Position numbers and translations under genes: made by a program. A stretch of DNA of 64,000 nt from Sphaerodactylus townsendi. Lineage: Eukaryota. This document shows positions 35,090 to 48,960 of the stretch, piece after piece. The stretch lies in contig NC_059439.1 in the NCBI RefSeq assembly GCF_021028975.2, forward strand, positions 30,504,001 through 30,568,000, in the 5' to 3' direction. The notes beneath the pieces are model-generated. The model was given only the letters and a program-made list of their open reading frames with translations, was not told where the DNA came from and did no database searches. The stretch's first letter is position 1. The number at the start of each line of letters is the position of its first letter.

Positions 35090-35300
35090 TACCCCGGCTC
35101 CCTCTGCACCTCCAGTACCGTGGATAGCGGGGGGCTCTGGCAGACACGGCGGCTCCGGAGGGCTGCTGGGTGACTGGCAGAGGCAAAAGCTGCACCCTGG
35201 CTATAAAAACTGGCCGGTGGGGTGGGAGGGGGCAGAGCTAACCTTCTCTCCGACCCCTGGCCTTTTGCACAGCGGGCTAAATTTAGGCCTGGGGGTCTGG
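35090..35300 (-). promoter_or_regulatory. Candidate muscle-type ALDOA promoter
   Basis: Perfect MEF2 consensus CTAAATTTAG at 35277-35286, an AT-rich ctataaaaa box at ~35201 and an E-box/GC-rich context, upstream of ALDOA on its strand. Confidence 0.4.
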
Positions 35301-36359
35301 GAATGTGAAACACGAGGCTCTTGACATTCCCCACAGAGCAAGGAACAGCTATGGTCACGGGGCGAGGGGCTGAGAACGCTGTGGGATGCCCCGATCCGAA
35401 ACGTGGCTCAGCCCCAACCGTGCACCCTTTCCCTGCTGGCTGCCTCCTCAGTTTGGGACAGCTCAGCCTGTGGGTCAGCCCCCATTGTCTGCCAGCATTA
35501 AGCCTCTTTGCCTCGTCGTTTCCCACCCGATAGGAAGCCCGGGTGAGGTGATTTTACCCCCAGCCCTCCATCTTGAAACCCCTCTGAGCAGCCTTAAAGT
35601 TCTCTCTTGAAAAGGAGCCCCGTTACAATTTCTGCCCCATATTCTTAAGTCCACCAGTGCCACCTGCTGTTCCCCAGCAGGAACTGCAGCTCCAAAACAC
35701 TTTGTGGGGTAGGTCAACCGGCAATTTGGAAAAAAATACAAATAAAATAAAACTTCACTTCATATAGCAAGTATTCTTAACATTTAGGGCCTGGCGAGAA
35801 CTGGGGGCAGGCTGAGAGACTACCCCACCACAAGGAAATTCATTAATATGTTTCAGACTCTCACCCAGACCACAATAATAGGGTAGGTTAGAACTTTGAA
35901 TCACATACGACATGCTCCCTAGGGGTTGGGGAGGGGAGAGGTGGGGATAATTGCACCAATAAGAATCTAGAATGGATTGTTGAAAGACTCGGATCCCAGC
36001 TGTTTTTTGCACAAACAGGCCTGCACGAAGCAGGGACCACCTCCCAACATTCTTCTGATAAAAAGGGTTTCTCGTTTTACATTATGTAAACGTGGTGCCC
36101 CGGGGTGAAGAACAAGCACGCAAGAATGCTTTCTTGGATGTGGGTGAGTCAGACACTGCAGCATTCTGAAGAAGCCAGCATTCCACTGTCATCCGAAGCA
36201 TAATTTGTTTTGATATCTACAAAGGATTGATAGGAGGAATAAATATTTGGTACTTCCCCACTACTGGAAATCGTCCCTTTAAAGATGCAATAAATTGCTT
36301 AGAAATTTGAATAGGCCACTTTCTCTATCCCTCTTTTTTTCCTTCACCCCCAACTATTA

Positions 36360-36485
36360 GGCTGATTCCGCATGGGCCAAAAACAGCAGTGTGAAAATGG
36401 TGTAAAAGGGTTTAAAAAAGGGGTTTATAATTGTTTTCACAATCGCTTTCAATAATCGCTGTTTTTGGCCCATGCGGAATCAGCC
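36360..36485. mobile_element. PIF/Harbinger-like MITE; similar element at ~10384-10515
   Basis: Long perfect TIR ggctgattccgcatgggccaaaaacagc and TTA TSD. Confidence 0.8.
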
Positions 36486-38577
36486 TTATTGACATTCCAT
36501 ATCTTTAGAGCACAGGTGTCAAATGATATGTTATGGACTACAGTTCCCATCATCCCCTGCCAGCATGCTGGCAGGGGATGATGGGAACTGTAGTCCATAA
36601 CATCTGGAGGGCTGCGAGTTTGACACCTATGCTTTAGAGCATATTCCATTTTCATCAGGTCATGGAGGTGTGTTTTCTTTTAAATTTGCAGAGGAATTTT
36701 CTGTAAACCCAAGGACCGTCTCCCCCAAATATGCAGACACCCCCATCTGTGGGTGACTTTATTCCATTGTCCTGATAGCACAGCACAAGGAAGTCAACAC
36801 CATGTGGATGTTAAATATCATCGCCATTTGCTGAAGCAGCCTTGTAATTGTATATATAAAATACACATTAATATGTTTCAGGCTCTCATCCAGACCACAG
36901 TAATAGCGTAGGTTAGACCTCTGAATCACATACGTGCTCCCTAAGGGTTGGGGAGGGGTGGGGATAATTGTCATTTTACATTATGTAAACGCAGTGCCTC
37001 GGGGTGAAGAACAAACACGCAAGGCACACAGTGCCTTTCTCATATTTATAACACGCTTGCATTCAAAGAAAACCTGACTAAATTTACTGTGCCGTGCAAG
37101 CCTGTCCTTCAAATAGCATGATATTGGAAACTCCGAAATTCTGAGCATATTAGCAGATAATCTATCAAGATAAGAATGGAGATTAGCACACTCAGTCATG
37201 TGTCCCACTAGGGTTGCCGTCCTCCAGGTAAAGGATAGGTCTGGAATTCTCCCAGAATTGCAACTGATCACTGGAGGGCAGAGATCCCTGGAGAAAAGGC
37301 TGCTTTGAAAAGAGGCCTCAACAGAAGGAGGAGAGTTGGATTTATATCCCCCTTTTCTCTCCTGGAAGGAGACTCAAAAGGGCTTACAATCTTCTTTCCC
37401 TTCACCCCCCACCCACAACAACAGCCCCACCCACCTGTGAGGTGGGTGGGGCTGAGAGAGCTCTGAAGAACTGTGACTCGGCCAAGGTCACCCAGCTGGC
37501 ATGTGCTGGAGTACACAAGCTAACCCGGTTCCTCAGATAAGCCTCCACAGCTCAAGTGGCAGAGCGGGGGATCAAACCCGGTTCTCCGGATTACAGTGCA
37601 CCTGCTCTTAACCACGTCGCCACGCTAACTCTCATTATACCCTGCTGAGCTCCCTCCCTAGGCATTGCCTTCCCCCCGAACATTTCCAGCACTCTCTCTA
37701 CCTAGAGCTGGCAACTCTATGCCATACCTATTCCACAGGTGCCGCTGATGTCATATGGAAAACAAAATGAAGAAACACCATTGAGTCCCCAGGTAGAAAC
37801 CAAGGATCCCAAAAGAAGCCTCGGTACTAATAGCATCAAGACTCCCTGCTGCCTGTAGCAACAGGCTTGGATCCAGTTTACCATGGCAATGTTGTAGGCC
37901 CGGATTGTGATGCCGGTTACCGTAGCAACACGGCTACTCTTCTCCCACATTCCCCCTTTGCCCCTTTCCCCCAATGAATAAATATCGGCACAGAATAGCT
38001 TAGCAGGAAACTTTTAATTGACAAGGCGGTTTGGAACAAACAAATGGGGTGGGATTCCCGTTCTCCACCGAAGCCAAGCACTCTCTGCCCCACCGAGCAA
38101 AGTCAACATTGACGGCAAAAAAAAAAAAAAATTACACAAAGGTGGGGTCAATAACGAAAGGCCCAAAGGGTCAGCAGTAAGGGCTCAGAGCTTATGGGGG
38201 CGGGTCACGGGGGTTTTGAACTGCGAGATTCAAGGGCACATAACCGGGTTTCAAATCACAAGGCCGAAGGGTCAGAGTTCCTAGCGAAACAACTATGATG
38301 GAATCCATACAAAGTTCAATGTTCGGAAAGTCAATTACCACAGCATTTAAGAACAGCGAGTGAGTCCAGGAGCCATCTTTTATAAGACAAGGAGTTTGAG
38401 GCGGTAATAGCTGTCAGTATCCGAGAGACATCCACCAGGGAAGGTCAAAATTCAAGACTTGTGTGTCAGGAAGTATGGGTTTGAAGATGGCCAGAAGCTC
38501 AGAGGCGGGGTCAGAGTTCAGGACTTGTGACCTCCTCGGGGGGAAATAAAAAAAAGTTCGAGGGTTACACCAAATGC

Positions 38578-40480
<1,903 letters not shown>

Positions 40481-41649
40481 CTATTATTCTTAACAGAACT
40501 GGTAACAGCTGCCTCCGTATTTAGACGCAGTTTTTGTGAGCTAGAAAACCTGCCTGTTGAATATCTGGAGGGCAACTTCCATTTAGCAGCCACCGATTTC
40601 CTCAACTTCACTCAGCTGTTCCAATAATCCGCCCCACCACAGAATAAAGTATTTCCTTGGTGCTATATAATTCCTGAAGTCATCAGAACAGCTCCCTCCC
40701 CAATAATGACAGTATGTTTCCAAACTTGAAAGAAACCTCTCAGGAACACAAATAAAACGTCAGCAGTCTGAAATAAAATTACGGAGATGAATGGGGTGTC
40801 AGGCAGATTTATGTAGCCCCTAAACTCCCTTCCATCTCCAATATATAGCACGGCTTTCCGTCAGTGAACTACTTCATTAAAATCTAAAGAGGTACTCAAA
40901 AGTCAAATTCTGCCAAGCAACCATCAATATACAAATACAATAAAAATCACTCCGTGGAATATCCGCTAGGGAATAAGTACAGCTTTGTACGCTAGGGAAT
41001 AAGTACAGCTTCCTCGGGCCTTGGAAATTCCCTACAACGTTAAGGTGGGCATCTGGCGAATTAGCTTCACACACACTCATTTAGTTAACCGGGAAATCCT
41101 GAGCAAGGTGATATGATGCCACCCCTCAGTACCATGAGAAACCAGCACTTTCACAATGGGATGGGGGCGGTATATATATTTTAGGGAAGATTGGAGGGGC
41201 AATCCCACACCCCCTAATGTTTCCTAAATGACAAGGCGCACAGACCCCCAAAATTAAACGAATGCCTTCAGCGGGATTACAAAACCCCAGAATCCCGCCC
41301 CCCCCTCAATCCAATTCATAAGAACATGCCCTATAAAAAAATCATGTTGCAACAGTGAATCCAATCCGCGAAATAATCAGAAGCGGTCAGCCTCCCGAAA
41401 TTGGGATCATCCAACACATCCGGCCGCCTAACCCTTCTCACCGACTGACCAGCCCGGGACCTCTTCCACCCCAAAGCAAAACGGCACCCCCTAAAACAAT
41501 GCAAGCCCTCGCCCCATTACATCTCACGCTGCACCGCCTCAGGACCCTCACAGGAGACCCCGACGCTGCATTGCAGCCCCTGCAACTCTTCTGGGCAACC
41601 TCTTTTTCCGCCCCCCCTGTAATGCCCCCGACAAATCAGCTGTGCACCC

Positions 41650-42120
41650 TACAAATGCTCTTCAGCGCGTCACTCCGCAACAGCGCCACAATAAAGCCGC
41701 TTCCCTCTAGTTTGCACATGTCCTTTTTGGATGCTCCCGGGGAAAGTCCGCGCGCCTGATCTCCAGCTCAGTCTGCTGCAAGCCTTCAACCCCCCACGCC
41801 CTCCCCAGAGGCCCCAGGCATGCTAGCCCCCATGGCTGCCACCTTAGCCCATCAGACCCCAAGATTTCCAGCTCCCAGCCGCCCCTCTCCTCGCTCAAAT
41901 CTCTACCCGCAACCCTGGCTGCAGCTGCACAAGGACTGATGGGAAAGTGACGCACCCCCCTCCCCTTTCATCCATGGACGGGCAGCCATCTTGGGGCTTG
42001 GCAAAAGCGACTGTGAAGCCGCCGAGAAGGCAAGGCCGTCATGTTAACTGTGGGCAAGCTCGCCCTATTCCAAGATGGAGGTTTCCTTTCTTGCGCTTAG
42101 GGTTCTAATGCGGTTCAAAG
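41650..42120 (-). promoter_or_regulatory. Probable promoter / non-coding first exon of the CRK-like gene
   Basis: CpG-enriched, with YY1-type motifs (gccatcttg ~41985; caagatgg ~42071) and a possible donor GG|GTGCGT at ~41955. Confidence 0.45.
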
Positions 42121-43638
42121 CAAGGCGATTGAACATGTATCCAGTGTAGTATTTAATGGGGGTTTGTTGGATTAAACGCACAGAGAAATCCTGATTTCTC
42201 CTTTAGGATTAAAAAAAGGTTCACTTCTCATTCACAAATGCTAATTTGCTTACTCGAATCTAGAAATGTTTCTCCAGTCACTCTCAGCCTTTCCCTGCCA
42301 AATTGCCTTTTCCCTATGTCCAGCTAAAGACCAGTTTGAAAAACGTTGAGCTAATATTGCCTCTCTCTCTCTGGGTTGTTCACACTGGAGATGTAATTTC
42401 ATTGTGATGAATGTTTTTCAGAGGCAGATATGGAGAAAATGGTCCCTTTTCTTTCTGGAAATTTGCTTTGATGTTCCTTGCACATTCAAGGGCTATGGCA
42501 CTCCACCACCAATGTGTGCTCTGCTGGGTACAGTACAGGTACCATTGGCAGGGCCATATCCACTTTTTTTGAAGGGGGGCAAAAGTGCAAGACTCCCCCT
42601 GAATATATTTTTTCTTTGTCTCATGTGTATGTATACACACACATATATACATCCTTTAATGTAATTCACTAAGGGTTGGATGTGCGTTCATCACATTGTA
42701 AACCACCTTCAGTCTCCTTACAGGAGAGAAAGGTGGGGTATAAATCCAAACTCATGTAACGATGGCTCAGTTGAATCTCTGGCCCACCAATTACTACACT
42801 GTTTCAGATTCAAGGAAATCAGATCCAAGTATGTGAATCTTACTCCTTTACATTTACCCGATCTCCCCGATTTTAATTAGATTACACTACTTGTTGCACA
42901 ATCTTGATCCTTCTCTCTGTATGATAGTGGCAGACTTTCTCCTGGAAATTACTAAACGCCAGTAGATTTCCTTCGACCTAACATTTATTTCCTGTATTGC
43001 ATATGCTTTTTAATCCATTTTTTATTATTGTTGCACTGTTGTCTATGCCAATAAAGGCTTACTATGGAAAAGAAACATTGTAAACCACCTTACAGGAGAG
43101 AAAGGTGGGGTATAACTCCAAACTCTTCTTAATCTATCTATTCTCCCCTAAAGCTGTCGAGATGCTAACCCCATTCCTGCTGGGTCTTCTTCCCTTCCCT
43201 TAACCATGCGCTTTCACGTATTAGAAGAGAGTCGATTTTCTCCCCACCCCCACCAGTTGCTGGTTCTCACTGCCAACTGGCCATGGACATAGCTTCATCA
43301 TGTCCTTCCGACTTGGAACACAGACCTGAGTTTGGAAAGGAGAGAAAACTTGTTTGACTAGTTTGGCTTTTCCGTAAATCCAGACACTAAATTCTATCAA
43401 ACAGCTTCACTTTAGACAGACGCAGGGAATATATAAAGTGTAGCTTTTATAAAAACAATAATCACAAACAGGCATTACAAAAAGCAAAAAGCGTCAGAAT
43501 AGTTTTAAAAAACAGGAAGAGGAACTCCTTGTTTGCCAGGCATGGGTAGAGCAAAGACATCAATTGCTAGAGCAAAGACCTCTCCCATGTCCCTACATCA
43601 TAGGCATCATTTCCTTTAATATTCAGACTGGGAGCCCC

Positions 43639-46600
43639 TCATCGCAATTTGATCTCGAAGCAAATGCAATTGATGCTCTGACAGTCCGGGGGCTGGTAGG
43701 CACAAGCACAGTCACAGAGTGGACACCAGCTGGGCAGGGTGGAGCAAGACCTCATGTCCAAACCCTATGGGGCAGAAAGGGGAAAAAACATACTTTTGTT
43801 AACCTGTAAGACCACCTGCATCAAGATGCCAAACACAGAATAATGACAACAGGTGTGTGTGTGTGTGTTGTACTAAAATGTGCACTAGAAAAGAAGAAGA
43901 ACTGAAATATTGTGGCTAGATCATTTATTTAAAGCATTTCTACCCTGCTTCCCCCAGTCATGTCTGAGGTGGTAAGTCATGTGCTTACCAATCTGTGACA
44001 CAGCTTTTCCTGGAGAGGCTCAAAGAAAGCACTAAATAGAAAGTGCAATCCTAAACAGTGATGTATCCACTGAAGTAAATAGGTTTCGAAATGGGCAATT
44101 ATGCACAGAACTGCACTAAAGCATCATCTCTCTGACCTTCCTCCTTTCTATTCTCACCAATTGCTGCATTTAGCCTCTCTGTTCCCCTCATCCAAATGAC
44201 TTTGCTTGATATGCAATTTTATGTTTTAGTCAATGACAGGGATGGCTGTTCCAAAGAATCAGTTTCTTTGAAGTCATTCAAGTGGCTGGCTTTCTCAAGT
44301 AGGATTTTTTTGTCTTCTGTTTTGGAACACAGTTTTCCTGCCCATTCAGCGAAGAGAGAGACCCATAAGGAAAAAAAATCACACCCAGTTTGGCTTTCAG
44401 GAGAACTGACTGCTTCCCATTTAAAAAAGCACATTTTTCCCCCAGGTCGCCTGTGACCAGTTGCTCTTTATCTCAAACTTTCAATCTAGCCCCTCTGTCA
44501 GTCAGGACTGAACTGTCATGATATATAAAAAAGAGAGAAAAGTTCACAAAAAGGTCATCTTCTAAGTTAGCAGAGGTTTGCAAAGCCCAGAGGATGGGGC
44601 AAAAAGTAGCAAAGATTGACCTTTAACATGATTGGTGAGTTCAACAGTAACTCTATACCAATGAGAGGCTGATGCCTGGGCGGGGAAAAGTATCCCTGAT
44701 GTATGTATTGTATATGCTGAGATAGAGATAGAGTCTGAGTTAAGTTCTGTATGTGCTGAACTTTGTTATTGCTGAAGAGTTCTGCATAATGATAGTCTTG
44801 TATAGAATAGACTTGTGTAACTTTGCAACTGCTAAAGTAAAAGCCTTTCTATGGAAAGAACATCTTGTGTGAAGAGTATTCTTTTCCAAGTGTACTAGAA
44901 GGTTGCAGTGTGTGCAAGAAGACTATAAATCTTCTCATCTTACTAAAGTGACTCCGCTTTAAACTCTGTTGATATGAACATGCTTTGCATTGGTGAACAA
45001 CCATAGAAACGTGCAACTCCCAATTCCCTTACAGCTACTGTGTTTCCCTGAAAATAAGACAGTATCTTATATTAATTTTTGCTCCCAAAGATGTGCTATG
45101 TCTTATTTTCAGGGGATGTCTTATATTTCTGTGTTCTGTTCGTCGGGCATGCTTCCAAACAAAAACTTTGCTACGTCTTTCTTTCGGGGGATGCCTTATA
45201 TTTCGCACTTCAGCAAAACCTCTACTACGTCTTATTTTCAGGGGATGTCTTATATTTGGGGAAACAGGGTATCTAGACAGACAGTTACTAGGGAGAGGGG
45301 AGATGAAAGAACTCACATTAGTGCAGCGGCAGCAGTCATCCAGACAGCGAGTTGGGGAAGGGAGGGCACAGTCACATGACTCCGCACAGGCCAAACAACA
45401 TTCACACACGCTTGGCAAAGACCCCTTTTGGCACGAACAACAGTTGGCACAAAGGCCGCGGGCCTACAAAGGGAGAAGATATAGAACACACAGTTGGGTT
45501 GATGCATGCAAAGTGAGCATCTTGTTTTTATTTATTTATTGTCCATTTTTATGGCTAACGTTGTCCACTTGTGCTCTTTCATTGTCACGTTTTATTGTGC
45601 TGCTTTGTGGATTTAGGACAAAAGGCTGGGGTAAGAATATTGTATACATAAAACAACCTGTGAAGACTTAATTCCGTCCCTGTTGTCTTTGAAAAACTTG
45701 GTGCATATTGAAAGGAGTCCAGCACTTCAGGAGCGGTAACAACACACATTTACAAAATTCAACTTGAACTAAATCCAAGTCTACAATGATAAACTGAAGG
45801 CTGCATATATGTTTCCGGTCATGTGCTTTGAAAGTGGTAGAAAGTGCCATCAAGATACAGCTGACTTACGGTGACCCTGTAAGGTTTCAAGGCAAGAGAC
45901 TTTGGGAGGTGGTTTTTCATTGCCTCCCTCTGCACGGGCTGAGTTCTGAGAGAACTATGACTGACTCAAGGTCACTCAGCAGACTTCATGTGGAGGAATG
46001 GGGAATCGAACCCAAGTCTCCTGATTAGAGTTCACGTTCAAGTTCAAAGACCTTTATTAGGCATTAAAACATAGCATAATCCAAATACAGTTTTACAAGA
46101 TAAAACAGGTACTCCTGTTTCAAAAATGCATACATCAGAGCGAAAGAGGAGACCAGGAAATTATTTCGTAATAGTGAGCAAGAATTTGGCCACTATGTCC
46201 AGTTGCTTGGGATTCTCTGTATTCAGAAGATAGTTCAATTTAAGATTAAAAAGGCTTGGATGGACCAGTAAGGGATCCCCTAAAAACAGGTTTGGTCTAA
46301 AATCGTTAAATTTTGGACAAACTAATAAAATGTGCTCCAATGACTTCTCAGAGGTTTGACAGTATTCACAGGTACGCTTTTGCTGTGAAGTCCACCATTC
46401 TTAACCACTACACCACACTGTATTTTTGGGAGGGCCAGCTCCTGTAGGGCATAATCAGCAATACAAATCCATCCTTTTTTTTCTTGCCCTACCAAAGGAC
46501 TGCTGCTCCCACAATACAGTGCTGTTTCCAGGGAAACCCCACTGCTGTGAGAAATACAGGGTGCCATCTTGTTTATTCCTTGAGAGCCAGCGGGGTGTAG

Positions 46601-48158
46601 TGGTTAAGAGCAGGTGCACTCTAATCTGGAGAACTGGATTTGATTCCCCACTCTGCCACTTGAGCTGTGGAGGCTTATCTGGAGAACCAGATTAGCTTGT
46701 GCACTCTGACACATGCCAGCTGGGTGACCTTGGACTAGTCACAGCTCTTCTGAGCTCTCTCAACCCCACCTACCCCACAGGGTGTTTGTGGGGAGGGGGG
46801 AGGAGATTGTAAGCCCCTTTGAGTCTCCTTACAGGAGAGAAAGGGCGGATATAAATCCAAACTCTTCTTCTTCCTCCTCCTCCTCTAAATGCACAAAAAG
46901 AGTTACGTTGCCCCTTCAGCTGCCTCTATCCCACACCCCAATTACCAGCAGGCACTGTCGCAGGATCAGGACCAGCATCAGGAGCAGAAGGTAGGAGCCA
47001 ACAGCCAAGAAGACGATGGCGGGGAGGGGCAGGAACAAGGTGGCAGCAAAAGGGAGGTCTGGTGGAGGGTTCGGCGATGGAGTCTGTAGGGTAGGGAAAG
47101 CCAGAGAAGGGAAGTTTGCAGCTTGGAGTGGTGAAGAGAAGGAAAATGGAATGAAGTTATGTGGCTGAGCCCAAAAGCCCAATTTGACTGTTTGGCTGCC
47201 ACCTTAAGGACACTTTCCTGTAAGCAAGCCCCACTGCATAACACCAAACAGGAACAAAATTATCGGAGAATGATTAAACATGCAATAAACAAGTAGATTC
47301 TCTGACATGGCTGGAAAATCAATAGGCTCCAACAATGATCTGTATTCCTAAAATTTAATGCGTGTGGAGCATCTAGCTTCCAAGTCTTTCTGGGGCTACT
47401 TCTCTCTTCTAATGAGAATCTTTCAATCTTCATCAGTCCTATGGAAGAAGTAGCCTGACTAGTGATACAAAATGCGGTATGACTACAAAAGCAATGTGAA
47501 GTCTCTGCTTACAGCCATTCTGAAATTGGGAGGAGGACCTCAACATTGAAGAGACTAAGGTTCAGCCCCTGGAGGCTCCATTGATGACCCTGGAAGAAGA
47601 AATAAATTGTTTTATCATATTATGCCAACCATTCTTGCCCTACTGTTACCCACCCAAGAAAAGGCCAACTTGCTATGGAGAGACCATGATTTACCCTGTA
47701 TCAAAGCTAAACTTTCCTTCTTTACCAAATTGTTCAACGTATTACCTCTTGCCCAATATGGACCTCAAGGAGCCGTCTCACCCATATGATATGTCTGTGT
47801 ACTTGCTCCAACAGCATAGATTAGTTTTGGCCATAAGGATGCATTAATATCTCATTGGGATCACTCATTTTTATTTCCAAAACGAAGCTGGATTTTTCCC
47901 CTCTTGCACGTCCCTTCCATAAAACACCCATCCGTCCCTTTGTCAACAAAGAACCTGCCCCCCCCCCCTTTAGTCCCCTCTTCCCACAACTATACAAAAG
48001 AGAATCCGTGGAACAGTATCGTGCCAATACCAAGAGAGCCACAAGCCCCGAGAATACAAGTCATTGACCACGCAACTGTATGGATATTGTTATCAGGGGC
48101 AGGATCCCACTTTCTTGAACATAAATCCTTCCCATTCACAGTCATACGGTCCGAGCAT
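43639..48158 (-). CDS. Uncharacterised single-pass membrane protein with cysteine-rich C-terminus (probable ortholog of the uncharacterised human ORF upstream of ALDOA, LOC112694756)
   Basis: Phase-0 exons: 47083-46946 (TPSPNPP...LPLPAIVFLAVGSYLLLLMLVLILRQCLL), 45463-45317 (ARGLCANCCSC...CECCLACAESCDCALPSPTRCLDDCCRCTN) and 43764-43639 (...WCPLCDCACAYQPPDCQSINCICFEIKLR*). The 5' end is uncertain. An exon ending at 47782 (TGG|GTGAGA) is started either by ATG 47817 or by ATG 48158 (exon 48158-48148 plus a 13-nt microexon 47794-47782). Confidence 0.85.
45038..45269. mobile_element. Tc1/mariner (Tigger/pogo-like) MITE
   Basis: TA TSD, TIR-like ends and internal gtcttattttcaggggatgtcttat repeats. 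Confidence 0.7.
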
Positions 48159-48960
48159 GTTTCGGGCGTCCCACTGTCGCCTTGGAAACCGCCGCCAAAA
48201 CAGGAAATGACCCTACGGAGCCGCTTAGCGGACAAATTTCACTGAGGCGCCACTTGTTATTTCACGGAAGTACATTCAAAGCCGACCGGAGAAGAGGGAT
48301 GGAGCAGCGGAAGTGCCTTTACGTCATCTCACGCGACGCCTCAGCATCGTTGACAAGGGTTCAACACTGTCACCCTGCCTAGTGCTTGCCGTTCACTTTC
48401 CGCCGGAAATGCGGCGCCTGCATGTGACATCACTAAACTGCTCGCTAATCCATAGCAATAGGAGGGGAGGGGCCAATCGGGATTGCGGGATTTTTAAACC
48501 ACGCCCCCTTCTGAACCGTTATCTGCCTGCCGTTAATTTCCTCAGGGTTTTGTACCGCGCACGAATCCCTGCGTCCCTTCTAATCGTCCGCCTAAGTCGG
48601 TGGCGAACCTATGGCAGGGGCTGATGTGAATTGTAGTCCATGAACATCTGGAGTGCCATAGGTTCGCCGCCCCTCTGGAAACGATCTAGCCAGCAATGCT
48701 ATTGGCTTATCGCAACCAATCAGAGCTTGGAGAGGGGAGACCTTTGCCGTCATAGCGTTGATTTTCGGTCGCGCATGCGCGTTGGGCATTCTGTGGGCAC
48801 GCTCGCGTTTCACGCCACCGCGCCTGCGTGTCAGAATGAGAGTTGGCGATCGAGGATGGGCTGCAGTGTCGCACATGCGCACAGTGCTCCTTTCCCTCAC
48901 TATTATATACGGAGTGCGGGAGTGCCGTTGACATGGAAACCGGGACTCTCGTTTTCTCTC
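48150..48960. promoter_or_regulatory. Bidirectional CpG-island promoter between the Cys-rich gene (-) and TLCD3B (+)
   Basis: CpG-rich. ETS cggaagt at ~48265 and ~48308, CCAAT boxes at ~48473 and ~48716, NRF1 gcgcatgcgc at 48771-48780, TATA-like tattatata at 48901-48909, RFX X-box-like GTTGACATGGAAAC at 48927-48940. Confidence 0.65.

Noticed and set aside
44510-45000. Possible solo LTR (CCAAT, AGTAAA, TG...CA-like ends)
   Set aside because: I could not define matching termini or a TSD, so it is left uncalled.
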